IMG/VR virus record: IMGVR_UViG_3300016476_000331
Coordinates: 1 to 30,249 of that record
Reading direction: 5' to 3' (one strand)
From: a virus
Lineage: Duplodnaviria; Caudoviricetes
DNA: 30,249 nt
Within the stretch, counting starts at the first letter, position 1. Every line of letters begins with the position of its first letter. Below are positions 1-8,966 of this stretch, in pieces. The notes beneath the pieces were generated by a model. It did no database searches. It saw only the letters and a list, made by a program, of their open reading frames with translations, and was not told the origin of the DNA. A program made the translations under genes and the position numbers.

Positions 1-4
1 GCCA

Positions 5-33
5 TTGCTGCATCCTCACGATGATTGCATAAT
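5..33 (+). promoter_or_regulatory. Putative sigma70 promoter for the HNH gene (probably leaderless mRNA)
   Basis: TTGCTG (5-10), 17-nt spacer, CATAAT (28-33). ATG at 40 lies 7 nt after the -10 and has no SD. Confidence 0.5.
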
Positions 34-39
34 CACAAC

Positions 40-639
40 ATGTTGGAAGAGAAGCCGACTCGCTATTTCGGGAAAGTGTGCCTCAAGCACCCTGAACTTA
101 ACGGCGAACGGCGACTCGCTAACAGGTCTTGTGTGGCGTGCAGCAGGGAAGCTGTCCAAGAACGTCAGCGCAAGAGACGAGAAGAGGGTGATGCGCAATT
201 TCTTGAGATGCGCCGCCGACACAGTCGAGATTCCTACTATCGGGATCACGAACGGTCGAAGGAGCGTCAACGAAGGAATGTTGCGGCCTACCGAGAGCGC
301 CATCCAGAGTCTCTGGAACGCCAAGCGGAATGGCTCAAGCAATACCGCGCACTGAACCCTGATCGTTTCAAACGCTACGATCAGACAAAGTACCAGCGGC
401 ATTACGCCAAGATTGTGCAGAGGGTACGGCTAAGAGAGCTCGCGCTTGAACAGCGCACTCCCACTTGGGCGAACCGGGAAGCCATAGATGCCATCTACGC
501 CGAGGCCCGGCGTACGAACATGACGGTAGACCACATTGTCCCTCTGCGGGGCAAGACAGTAAGTGGACTTCATGTGGAGAGCAATTTGCAATTGCTAACG
601 CATGAGGAAAACGCCAGAAAAGGCAACCGTTTTAATTAA
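40..639 (+). CDS. Free-standing HNH homing endonuclease
   Basis: C-terminal TPTWANREAI...VDHIVPLRGKTVSGLHVESNLQLLTHEENARKGN is a typical phage HNH motif. The N-terminus has a Cys/His cluster (CLKH...CVAC) and a basic helix. The ORF track starts at 25; ATG 40 is preferred. Confidence 0.88.
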   Translation: MLEEKPTRYFGKVCLKHPELNGERRLANRSCVACSREAVQERQRKRREEGDAQFLEMRRRHSRDSYYRDHERSKERQRRNVAAYRERHPESLERQAEWLKQYRALNPDRFKRYDQTKYQRHYAKIVQRVRLRELALEQRTPTWANREAIDAIYAEARRTNMTVDHIVPLRGKTVSGLHVESNLQLLTHEENARKGNRFN

Positions 640-650
640 GGAGCATCGAA

Positions 651-1622
651 ATGAGCTTTCCAAACGTCTCAGATATCGTGGCGACCACGATCCAGTCGCG
701 CACTCGTCAAATTGCTGACAACGTCACCAAAAACAACGCTCTGCTGAGCCGCCTGAACCAGCGCGGCAACGTCAAGACCATCAGCGGCGGTAACGTGATC
801 TATGAAGAACTGTCTTTCGCAGAAAACGCGAACGGCGGCTTCTACTCTGGTTACGACCTGCTGCCCGTGGCCGCCCAGGACGTGATCAGCGCCGCCGAAT
901 ACCAGATCAAGCAGTACGCCGTTCCGGTCGTGATGTCTGGCCTGGAAATGCTGCAGAACAGCGGTAAAGAGCAGTTCATCGACCTGCTGGAAGGTCGCCT
1001 GAACGTCGCAGAAGCGACTATGGTGAACCAGCTGGCCCAGTCGATCTACTCCGACGGCACCGGCTCTGGCGGTAAGGAAGTCACCGGCCTGAACGCCGCT
1101 GTGCCCTCTGACCCGACCACCGGCACCTACGGCGGCATCAACCGCGCTTCTTGGACCTTCTGGCGTTCCAAGCTGTACGACTTCAGCGCCCAGTCGGTCA
1201 CCCCCAGCGCGACCACCATCCAGGCTGGTCTGAACGCTCTGTGGGCCTCGCTGGTTCGCGGCACCGATCGTCCTGACCTGATCGTTCTGGACAACAACTA
1301 CTGGTCGTACTACATGGGCAGCCTGCAAGCGCAACAGCGTTTCACCTCGCCCGAAACCGGCAACCTGGGCTTCCCCACACTGAAGTTCATGGACGCCGAC
1401 GTGGTGCTCGACGGTGGTATCGGCGGCTACTGCCCGGCCAACACCGGCTTCATGCTCAACAGCAAGTACATCAAGTGGCGCCCGCACAAGGACCGCAACA
1501 TGGTGCCGCTGAGCCCGAACCGCCGCTACGCCATCAACCAGGACGCTGAAGTTCAGATCCTGGCTTGGGCTGGCAACCTGACCACCTCTGGCGCTCAGTT
1601 CCAGGGCCGTATCCAGAACTAA
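651..1622 (+). CDS. Major capsid protein
   Basis: 323 aa, strong SD (AAGGAG), highly biased codons. Has IADNVTKNNALL and TGTYGGINRA motifs typical of HK97-fold capsid proteins of this phage type. Followed by a terminator. Confidence 0.9.
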   Translation: MSFPNVSDIVATTIQSRTRQIADNVTKNNALLSRLNQRGNVKTISGGNVIYEELSFAENANGGFYSGYDLLPVAAQDVISAAEYQIKQYAVPVVMSGLEMLQNSGKEQFIDLLEGRLNVAEATMVNQLAQSIYSDGTGSGGKEVTGLNAAVPSDPTTGTYGGINRASWTFWRSKLYDFSAQSVTPSATTIQAGLNALWASLVRGTDRPDLIVLDNNYWSYYMGSLQAQQRFTSPETGNLGFPTLKFMDADVVLDGGIGGYCPANTGFMLNSKYIKWRPHKDRNMVPLSPNRRYAINQDAEVQILAWAGNLTTSGAQFQGRIQN

Positions 1623-1638
1623 GTTTTGGTGGACCGTC

Positions 1639-1675
1639 GTGGGTCAACCTTTCCCGAGGGGTTGGGTTGACCCAC
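1639..1675 (+). promoter_or_regulatory. Alternative (antiterminator-like) hairpin
   Basis: GTGGGTCAACC (1639-1649) is the perfect reverse complement of GGTTGACCCAC (1665-1675) and overlaps the terminator stem. Confidence 0.6.
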
Positions 1676-1691
1676 ATCCCTCGGGTTTTTT
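1653..1691 (+). terminator. Rho-independent terminator after the capsid gene
   Basis: CCCGAGGG (1653-1660) pairs with CCCTCGGG (1678-1685), with an inner TGGG-TTGA-CCCA stem-loop, followed by T6. Confidence 0.8.
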
Positions 1692-1705
1692 GAAGGAGAA
1701 ATGAG

Positions 1706-1891
1706 ATGGCAGCAACTTTCAGCGCAGCAGTGTCTGCTGCAGCCCCCGCAGTCGTTGACACGGCCGCGTCCCAAGATACCGGCGCAGTCTGTGAAGGCAT
1801 TGGCCTCACCGGCGTTGACGGTGCAAGCATCGGCGGCTCCCGCATCGGCGGCGACCCCGGTACCGACCTGGTGATCGACACCAACGAGTGA
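1706..1891 (+). CDS. Small hypothetical protein (possible head-associated)
   Basis: SD GAAGGAG, phage-like codon usage, directly after the capsid gene. Confidence 0.65.
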   Translation: MAATFSAAVSAAAPAVVDTAASQDTGAVCEGIGLTGVDGASIGGSRIGGDPGTDLVIDTNE

Positions 1892-1906
1892 TAGAAAGAA
1901 AAAAAG

Positions 1907-2521
1907 ATGCAACCCACGACACCCACTATTTTTGAAGAGCCCAGCGACTGGGAAAAGCCTGACGAGTCCCGCTTTGCGATGGACTCCAAGCTGTACGTCG
2001 AGTTTTACCGCAAGCCTGTCCTGCAGCCCGGCAAGAGCCGCGAAGCAGGCCGAGCCGTGTACGAGGAGGTGGACTACATCCGCATCCACGTCCCCGGCGA
2101 CAAGCATTCTGTGGTCGAGCGCCCGATGAGCGATCAGGACGCGTTCCGCTTTGCTGATCGATACGCCAAATGGAAGGCTGGCCAGGAAGAGGCCGTCACT
2201 GGCACGCCGCTCACCGCCCTGCCTGGCATGACGCCGTCCAAGGTTGAGGAATACAAGTTCTTCAAGATCGTGACGATCGAGCAGCTGGCAGAAGCCAACG
2301 ACAACCTGGGCGGTAAGTTCATGTCGTTCCAGCAGGACAAGCAGCGCGCCAAGGCGTTCCTCGAGGTGGCCAAGAACAACGCCCCCATCGAGAAGATGAA
2401 CGAAGAGCTGGCCAAGCGCGATGCGGAGCTCGAAGAGCTGCGCAACATGGTGACGGCCCTCCAGGCCAACGCCAAGAGCAACAAGCGGGCTGTCGCGGCA
2501 ACGGCCGAGACGACCGAATAA
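1907..2521 (+). CDS. Hypothetical phage protein with C-terminal coiled coil
   Basis: 204 aa, good codon bias, located between the capsid and adaptor genes. Confidence 0.75.
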   Translation: MQPTTPTIFEEPSDWEKPDESRFAMDSKLYVEFYRKPVLQPGKSREAGRAVYEEVDYIRIHVPGDKHSVVERPMSDQDAFRFADRYAKWKAGQEEAVTGTPLTALPGMTPSKVEEYKFFKIVTIEQLAEANDNLGGKFMSFQQDKQRAKAFLEVAKNNAPIEKMNEELAKRDAELEELRNMVTALQANAKSNKRAVAATAETTE

Positions 2522-2533
2522 GAGGAGCAGGGG

Positions 2534-3283
2534 ATGGCCTTTCAAATTGTTGACGAAACCACGCTGTCGGCCATTGTCCGCAATGTGGCCTCGATGGTGG
2601 CCTTCCCCGTCCCCGCCGACCCCGCTGGTGATCCTGACCCGACTGTCCAGCAGTTCGTGCAGGCCGCCAACATGGCGGGCATCGAGCTGCTGACCATGTA
2701 CGACTGGCAGGAGCTCATCAAGAACTACGAGATCCCCATCCAGTCGGACTTCAACCAGCAGCGCCAGAAGGGCTTTCCGCTCCCCGAGGACTTCTTCGAC
2801 TGGATCGACCAGACCAACTGGAACGCGACCACGCAGTTCCCGTCCCTGGGCCCGGTGTCGCCACAAATGTGGCAGCAGCTGATCATCCGCACGACGCTGC
2901 CGGTGCTGTCGTTCTACTGGCAGGTGCGCGACAACATGATCTACGTCCTGGCGCCCCCTGACTCGCCGCAGACGATGAGCGTCTACTACCTGTCCCAGGC
3001 TTGGGTGCAGGACCAGGACGACCCGACCCTGTTCAAGAACCGCATTACCAAGAACGGCGACAAGTCTTTGCTCGACCCCACGCTGATCACGCTGTACACC
3101 CGCGTGAAATGGTTGGAGATGAAGGGCCTGGACACCGCCGCGGCAATGCGTGATTTCCAACTGACTTTTGAGAACCGCAAGGGCATGGAGAAGGGTGCGC
3201 CGGTGCTGAGCATGGCCCGCGACTTCCGCTTCCCGTACATCCAGCCGCTGGTCAACACGCCCGACACCGGCTATGGAGTCTGA
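2534..3283 (+). CDS. Head-tail adaptor / tail tubular protein A-like
   Basis: 249 aa, SD GAGGAG. YDWQEL and FPLPEDF motifs, size, and position before the nozzle gene fit podovirus adaptors. Confidence 0.65.
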   Translation: MAFQIVDETTLSAIVRNVASMVAFPVPADPAGDPDPTVQQFVQAANMAGIELLTMYDWQELIKNYEIPIQSDFNQQRQKGFPLPEDFFDWIDQTNWNATTQFPSLGPVSPQMWQQLIIRTTLPVLSFYWQVRDNMIYVLAPPDSPQTMSVYYLSQAWVQDQDDPTLFKNRITKNGDKSLLDPTLITLYTRVKWLEMKGLDTAAAMRDFQLTFENRKGMEKGAPVLSMARDFRFPYIQPLVNTPDTGYGV

Positions 3284-3285
3284 CC

Positions 3286-4878
3286 ATGCCCTTGATGCCG
3301 CTTCAAAGCCCGCGAGTCCCTAGACGGTCATACGCGGCGCAGACAGCACAGGTTGCAGTCGTTCCGGCCCCGACAGGCGGCCTGAACTACCGCGACCCCA
3401 TCACAGCGATGTCCCCCTTGGACGCGCTGGTCTTGACCAACTTCATCCCCAAGCAGCAGGGCGTCGAACTGCGCAGGGGCTGGAAACAGACCACCGCCAC
3501 GCTGGGCGAATCAATTGAATCGGTGTTCGGCTACACCGCCCCCAGCTCCGCGAACAACAAGGTTTTCGTGGCTGCCAACGGCAACATCTACGACGTGACC
3601 GACGGCACCTACACCGAGGTCGTCACCGGCACTGGCAGCGATACCGACGAGTGGTGGACCACGCAGTTCTCCACGCCCGCGGACACGTTCCTGCTGGCCG
3701 TCTCGCCTGGCGCCGGGTACTGGACCTACAGCACCAGCACAGGCTGGGTTGACCGTACCGCGACCACCACCGGCCTGCCGACAACCGTGCGCACTGTGGC
3801 CGTATGGAAGCAGCGCGTCTGGTTCACGGCCGAGGGCGACTCCAACGTCTACTACCTTGACAACGTGGATGTGATCTCGGGCAGCTGCACATCGTTTGCG
3901 ATGGGCTCGACCCTTCGCAACGGTGGCTACGTCTCCTCGCTGATCAACTGGACGATGGACGCTGGTTTCTCGGTCGATGACTTCCTGATTGTCGTCGGCA
4001 CTGAAGGCGACATCGGCGTGTGGCAGGGAACTGATCCGACCAGCGCTGACACCTTCAGCCTGAAGGGCGTCTGGTACGTCGGCCCGGTGCCGCGGCATGG
4101 CCAATACTTCACGCCCTTTGGTGGCGACGTGATGATCGTCTCCGAGCTCGGCCTGGTGCCCATGTCAAAGCTGGTGGCCGGGCAGTACAGCCAGGATCAG
4201 CAGATCGGCCCCGCGTCCAAGATCCAGTCAGTGTTTGCGCCTCTGGTGCGCAAGCAGCTCAACCAAAAGTACTTTGACGTGTTTGTGGTGCCGTCGTCCG
4301 ACGTGCTGGTGATTAAGATGCCTGCCGATGCTGGCACTTATCGCCAGTTCGCCATGAACGTCACCACGGGTGCCTGGTGTCAGTTTGTGGGCATGCCCAT
4401 GCGCAGCGCGGCTGTCATCGACGGCAAGCTGTACTTTGGCACCGAGGACGGCTTCACCTGCTTGGGCCTGTTTGGCGACAAGGACGGCGTGGACGAGGCG
4501 GGTGCCGGTGGCAACTCTATCGAAGGCGAAGTGCAGACGGCCTTTCAGGCATTCAACACGCCCGCGCAGCTCAAGAAGTTCGGCATGGCCCGTCCGATCT
4601 TCATTGCCACCGCCCAGCCCGCGGTCAAGCTGGTGGTGAACACGCAGTTCCAGTTCAACACGGTGGGCGGCTCGCCGTACTTCTTCGAAGACGACAACGG
4701 CATCTGGGACGCAAGCGTGTGGAACGGTGCTAATTGGGTTGGCCAGAATACCTACCAGGCATGGTACGGGACTCAAGGCCTTGGCTACTACGGCTCGCTG
4801 CGCATGAAGGTGCGCGGCCTGCCTGCAACAGTTTTTACTTCAGCTCACATGTCCACTGAGCTGGGAGGAGTGATGTGA
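3286..4878 (+). CDS. Tail nozzle / tail tubular protein B-like (P22 gp10-like position)
   Basis: 530 aa, beta-rich. N-terminal PAPTGGLN motif and propeller-like segments; follows the adaptor. Confidence 0.7.
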   Translation: MPLMPLQSPRVPRRSYAAQTAQVAVVPAPTGGLNYRDPITAMSPLDALVLTNFIPKQQGVELRRGWKQTTATLGESIESVFGYTAPSSANNKVFVAANGNIYDVTDGTYTEVVTGTGSDTDEWWTTQFSTPADTFLLAVSPGAGYWTYSTSTGWVDRTATTTGLPTTVRTVAVWKQRVWFTAEGDSNVYYLDNVDVISGSCTSFAMGSTLRNGGYVSSLINWTMDAGFSVDDFLIVVGTEGDIGVWQGTDPTSADTFSLKGVWYVGPVPRHGQYFTPFGGDVMIVSELGLVPMSKLVAGQYSQDQQIGPASKIQSVFAPLVRKQLNQKYFDVFVVPSSDVLVIKMPADAGTYRQFAMNVTTGAWCQFVGMPMRSAAVIDGKLYFGTEDGFTCLGLFGDKDGVDEAGAGGNSIEGEVQTAFQAFNTPAQLKKFGMARPIFIATAQPAVKLVVNTQFQFNTVGGSPYFFEDDNGIWDASVWNGANWVGQNTYQAWYGTQGLGYYGSLRMKVRGLPATVFTSAHMSTELGGVM

Positions 4879-5822
4879 TGGCGACTGATTACGACCAACT
4901 TGTAAAAGACGCATATGCCGGGATTGGCCGTACTGGCGTCGGTTCTGCGACAAACCAAATTGACCCGGAAGGTCTGGCCTATTGGGTCAATCAAGCTCAG
5001 ACAAACAACTGGAGCCCGCAGCAGTTTTCCAACATTTTTGGAAACTCGGTGGCCCAATACATGGGGGAAAAGCCGCAGGATCGCTATTCCCAAGGAGTGG
5101 CCGACTACCTTGTGGATGCCGCGTATGGAGACATTGGGCGCACGGGTGTCGGGGCAACCCCGCAAAACGTTGATCAAGGTGGACGTGACTATTGGAGAAA
5201 TGAATTGCTGAGCGGAACAATAACGCCGTCTCAATTTCAAAATGAATTTGACAATGCCGTCACGCAATACATAAAAGCTAATCCAGCAGACCCCGTTTCA
5301 AGGTACGTTCAAAGTTACCTTGGCGCGAATCCATCGACGCAACTGCCAGTGACGATGAACTATCTGCAGCCTGGCGGAACGCTTCAGCAAGCGAATTCCA
5401 ACACCGGCCGTGAATGGGGCACTCCCGAGACTGTCGGCGCGTCCAATGGCCAACTGATGGGCGCAGGCAACGCGAATTACAACAGCGCGTTGATTCGTTC
5501 GCTGCGTCAGAGCTCGCTGACCCCGTTCAGCACCAACACAGGCGTGCTGATGGCCCCGAATCAAGGTGCAAGCACTAGTTTGGCGGCCGCCCCTTCTATG
5601 GACCAGATGGGGGGCGCGTTCAGTCCGCAGGTGCTGAATCCTCGCGCAGCTTCTGATCAAGAGGTGTCCGACTGGAACGCTTACAGCACCTACCGCACCA
5701 ACGCACTGAATGCAAAAACGCCGATTCTGAGCATGTCCGAGTGGCTAGCCGGCGGCAAGTCGGACGGAAAAGCGCCAATCGCCCCGCCCGCCACCAACGA
5801 CGAATACCTTTATTGGGCATGA
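4875..5822 (+). CDS. Hypothetical virion-module protein with two DUF4214-like repeats
   Basis: Repeats AYAGIGRTGVG...DPEGLAYW and AYGDIGRTGVG...DQGGRDYW. Overlaps both neighbours by 4 nt. Confidence 0.7.
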   Translation: MMATDYDQLVKDAYAGIGRTGVGSATNQIDPEGLAYWVNQAQTNNWSPQQFSNIFGNSVAQYMGEKPQDRYSQGVADYLVDAAYGDIGRTGVGATPQNVDQGGRDYWRNELLSGTITPSQFQNEFDNAVTQYIKANPADPVSRYVQSYLGANPSTQLPVTMNYLQPGGTLQQANSNTGREWGTPETVGASNGQLMGAGNANYNSALIRSLRQSSLTPFSTNTGVLMAPNQGASTSLAAAPSMDQMGGAFSPQVLNPRAASDQEVSDWNAYSTYRTNALNAKTPILSMSEWLAGGKSDGKAPIAPPATNDEYLYWA

Positions 5823-6223
5823 GGCTGGTGACAGACAAGCCTGGCGAGCACCCAGTGATCTGGGAATGGATGAGTCGGCACGTCGGTTTGCCTTGGTCGT
5901 CGGACCTGCGCACGATCGGGGTGATGCGAGAGGATGGGACAATAGCGGCAGCAGTTGGATTCAACTCCTGGACGCATGAGAGCTGCTGGATGCACGTCGC
6001 GTTCGACGGGCCTCACAGCATGACCAGAGACTTGATTCGGGCGGCGTTCAAGTACCCGTTCAAGGACTGTGGCAAGGCGGCGATTTACGCGCTGCCGTAT
6101 GCGGACAACGATGAGGCAATGCGCTTCATCCCGAAGATGGGTTTTAAGGAATTGGCGCGGACTGTGGACTGCGTGATGTTTGAAATGAAGGCAGAGGACT
6201 GCCGCTGGATCAAGGAGAACTGA
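5819..6223 (+). CDS. GNAT-family acetyltransferase-like protein
   Basis: ATGA overlap at 5819-5822. AAFKYPF...NDEAMRFIPKMGFKE resembles the GNAT C-terminal motif (N..A..F..K.GF). Typical position before ejection genes. Confidence 0.75.
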   Translation: MRLVTDKPGEHPVIWEWMSRHVGLPWSSDLRTIGVMREDGTIAAAVGFNSWTHESCWMHVAFDGPHSMTRDLIRAAFKYPFKDCGKAAIYALPYADNDEAMRFIPKMGFKELARTVDCVMFEMKAEDCRWIKEN

Positions 6224-6224
6224 C

Positions 6225-7517
6225 ATGGGTGGAAAAGGTGGAGCTCCAGAGACGCCCGACTATCTCGGTGCAACGCAACTTCAGGGCGAGCTCAACAAAG
6301 AGAACCTGAACACGCAGAACTACGCCAACCGGCCGACGATCAACACGCCGTTCGGCACGCAGTCGTGGGGCACTCAGTCGGTCACCGATCCGGCCACCGG
6401 CCAGGTGGTTACTGCCTGGACGCAGAACAACACGCTCGCGCCCGGCCTGCAAAGCGCGCTGCAGGATCAGATCAACATCCAGGCTGGCCGCAGCGACCTT
6501 GCCAACAGCTTCATGGGCCGCGTGGCCAATGAGTACGCCAGCGCTCCTGACTACAGCAACCTGCCTCAGATGGCCCAGGCTGCTCGGCCTACCAGCCTGC
6601 AGACCGGCACCACTGACTATGTGCCGGGCTTGGCCACGTCCTTCAACTTTGGCAACCCCCTGCCGCAGTTCGACTCGTCCTACCGCGACACGGTGGCCAA
6701 CCAGCTGATGGAGAAGATGCAGCCGACGCACGACTACCAGCAGCGACAGCTCGAGGCCAAGCTCTCGAACATGGGGTTTCGCGCTGGCACCGAAGGCTAC
6801 GACCGCGAGCTGCGCAACCTGAACAACCGCCAGGCTGCCGAGCGCTACAACGCGCTGGACACGGCTGGCAACGAGGCTCAGCGTCTGTACAACATGCAGA
6901 TGGGCACCGCGCAGCAGGGCTACAACCAGAACCTGCAGGCTGCTCAATTCCAAAACCAGGCGCTCAACCAAGCGCAAGGCATGGACCTGGCCAACATGCA
7001 AGCGGGCAACCAGGCAGCCGCACAGCAGTACGGCCTCAACCAGCAGTTTGCCAACCAGCAAAACCAACTGCGCCAGCAGGCCATCACCGAGATGCTGCAG
7101 CGCCGTGGCACGTCGCTCAACGAGATGAACGCGCTGCTGTCGGGTCAGCAGGTGCAGATGCCCCAGATGCCGTCGTTCAATCAATCCGGCATGGCGCAGA
7201 CGCCCAACATCATGGGCGCCCTGCAATCGCAGTACGACTCACAGCTCGGCGCGTACAACGCTCAGCAGGCGGGCCTGAACAACCTGCTTAGTGCCGGTGC
7301 TCAGCTCGGCTCGGCCGCGTTCATGTTCTCCGACCGTCGCCTGAAGGCCAACATCAAGCGCGTTGGCACTCACGCGATCGGTGTGGGCATTTACGACTAC
7401 ACAATGATGGGAATGCCGCAACGCGGTGTGATTGCCCAAGAAGTTCAAGCGGTGCGACCTGACCTCGTCAAGCGTCATGCCAACGGTTACTTGATGGTGA
7501 ATTACGGAGGCCTGTGA
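6225..7517 (+). CDS. Internal virion / DNA ejection protein with C-terminal peptidase S74-like domain
   Basis: MGGKGG start and Gln/Asn/Ala-rich helical body. C-terminal SDRRLKANI...GVIAQEV...VNY is the S74 (intramolecular chaperone) signature. Confidence 0.75.
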   Translation: MGGKGGAPETPDYLGATQLQGELNKENLNTQNYANRPTINTPFGTQSWGTQSVTDPATGQVVTAWTQNNTLAPGLQSALQDQINIQAGRSDLANSFMGRVANEYASAPDYSNLPQMAQAARPTSLQTGTTDYVPGLATSFNFGNPLPQFDSSYRDTVANQLMEKMQPTHDYQQRQLEAKLSNMGFRAGTEGYDRELRNLNNRQAAERYNALDTAGNEAQRLYNMQMGTAQQGYNQNLQAAQFQNQALNQAQGMDLANMQAGNQAAAQQYGLNQQFANQQNQLRQQAITEMLQRRGTSLNEMNALLSGQQVQMPQMPSFNQSGMAQTPNIMGALQSQYDSQLGAYNAQQAGLNNLLSAGAQLGSAAFMFSDRRLKANIKRVGTHAIGVGIYDYTMMGMPQRGVIAQEVQAVRPDLVKRHANGYLMVNYGGL

Positions 7518-7885
7518 TGAATGACGATCTGATGTTCGACTACCTGGTGTCGATGGGCCAGATGCGCCCAGAAGAGGCCGAGCTGAAGAAGCGCCAGGCA
7601 ATGGTGGACGCGCTGCGCAAGAATGCCATGACGCCCATGCAGGGCGAGATGATCGGCAAGCACTACGTCGGCCCCGGCATTGCAGGTGCGATCAGCCAAC
7701 TGGGCCAGGCGTACATGGCCAGCAAAGGCCAAGAAGGCCTCGACACCAAGATGCGCGACTTCAATTCGCGCCAGGCTATGGAGCTCGAGAGGCTGCGCCG
7801 CCGTCGTCTTGGCAATGCTCCTGGCGGCTCCGCATGGGGCATGGACCTTGGCGTAGATGACGGCTACGGTTTTGGAGGCCAATGA
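7514..7885 (+). CDS. Hypothetical (probable internal virion) protein
   Basis: 123 aa, coupled to both neighbours by 4-nt overlaps, SD GGAGG. Confidence 0.7.
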   Translation: MMNDDLMFDYLVSMGQMRPEEAELKKRQAMVDALRKNAMTPMQGEMIGKHYVGPGIAGAISQLGQAYMASKGQEGLDTKMRDFNSRQAMELERLRRRRLGNAPGGSAWGMDLGVDDGYGFGGQ

Positions 7886-8961
7886 TGGACTACAGCCTCA
7901 TGCCTGATGAGGATCTGCCATCGCAGGGCCTTGTCCTCAAGAAAGCTCGCGCCAAGATGTCGGCTGGCGGCACGTTGTCCAACGTCGCGCCGAGCGCTGA
8001 AACCATGCTGCCCACCACGCGCCAGCGCTTGAGCAAGATCTACGGCGAACTGGACAAGCTCGACACGCAGGACGTGGACACCGGCGCGCTGCAGGCTTTT
8101 GCCAAGCAGCAAAGTGAGCAGGGCCAGGGCGCCATGCTCAACGCCCTGGCAGCGCAGTTTGCTGGCGAGAGCTTTGACCCGATCCAGGCGCAGTACATCA
8201 AGCGAGCAAACGCAGCCTCTGAACCCATGAAGGTCGGCGGCGGCATCCTTACGCCCGATGGTCAGTTCATCAAAGACCCGTTCGCAGCACGCGACGCTCG
8301 CCGCACTTCGCTTGAGCGCCAGGCTCTTGGCATGGAGAAGATGATCACCGACGAGCGCGAAAACGATCGCCGCCGCGAGGATCGTCTTGCGCAGCAGGCT
8401 TCGCTGGACGCATATCGTCAAGCATCCTTGGCCCTCCGAGGCAACGACAGTGCCCACGACTCGCGTTTGTGGCGCGCCGAGGACACGCTGCGCGGCGACT
8501 TTGACAAGATCACCAAGGATCTGCGCGATGAGCTGACAGCCACCAGCAAGATCACGCAGATCGTTGGCGCAACACCGCCTGGCCAAAAACCTGACGCGAT
8601 CACTCAGCAATCGCTGGTGATCTTGCTCAACAAGTTCCTCGACCCAGGCTCGGTGGTGCGCGAGGGCGAATTCGACCGCGTGGTAAAAGCACAAGGCCTC
8701 GAGGGCCGCGCCCGCAACCTAGCCGACCGCATCCTCAAGGGCCAGCCCTTGGATGCCAACACGATCGGCCAGATCAACGGCCTGGCGCAGCTCTACAACC
8801 AGGCGGCCGAAACTAAGATCCAGAAGTACGCCGACGACTACACCGCGATCGCACAGCGTCGCAAGCTGAACCCCGAGAACGTGATCAGCGATCCGCGCTT
8901 CCGTCGTGGTGGTTCGTCTGCAGGCGGCAACGTGGTGGACTTCAACAGCCTGCCGAAGTGA
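7882..8961 (+). CDS. Probable internal virion / ejection protein
   Basis: 359 aa, helical. LDPGSVVREGEF motif is characteristic of podovirus DNA transfer proteins. Confidence 0.7.
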   Translation: MMDYSLMPDEDLPSQGLVLKKARAKMSAGGTLSNVAPSAETMLPTTRQRLSKIYGELDKLDTQDVDTGALQAFAKQQSEQGQGAMLNALAAQFAGESFDPIQAQYIKRANAASEPMKVGGGILTPDGQFIKDPFAARDARRTSLERQALGMEKMITDERENDRRREDRLAQQASLDAYRQASLALRGNDSAHDSRLWRAEDTLRGDFDKITKDLRDELTATSKITQIVGATPPGQKPDAITQQSLVILLNKFLDPGSVVREGEFDRVVKAQGLEGRARNLADRILKGQPLDANTIGQINGLAQLYNQAAETKIQKYADDYTAIAQRRKLNPENVISDPRFRRGGSSAGGNVVDFNSLPK

Positions 8962-8966
8962 GGTGA

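Noticed and set aside
1620-1670. Stop-codon read-through or frameshift extension of the capsid stimulated by the downstream structure
   Set aside because: In-frame read-through meets TGA after only 15 codons, and I see no canonical slippery heptamer before the stop.
1892-1906. A-rich run before the 204-aa gene (and the T run at 24372-24379) as phase-variation tracts
   Set aside because: Short runs at translation starts. No frameshift is evident and A-rich leaders are common.
669-3160. Long antisense ORFs (669-1487, 1619-3160, and similar ones such as 6210-7226, 10385-11632, 26122-27300, 29226-30213)
   Set aside because: They mirror real GC-rich genes on the opposite strand, lack SDs and recognisable motifs, and are expected from codon bias.
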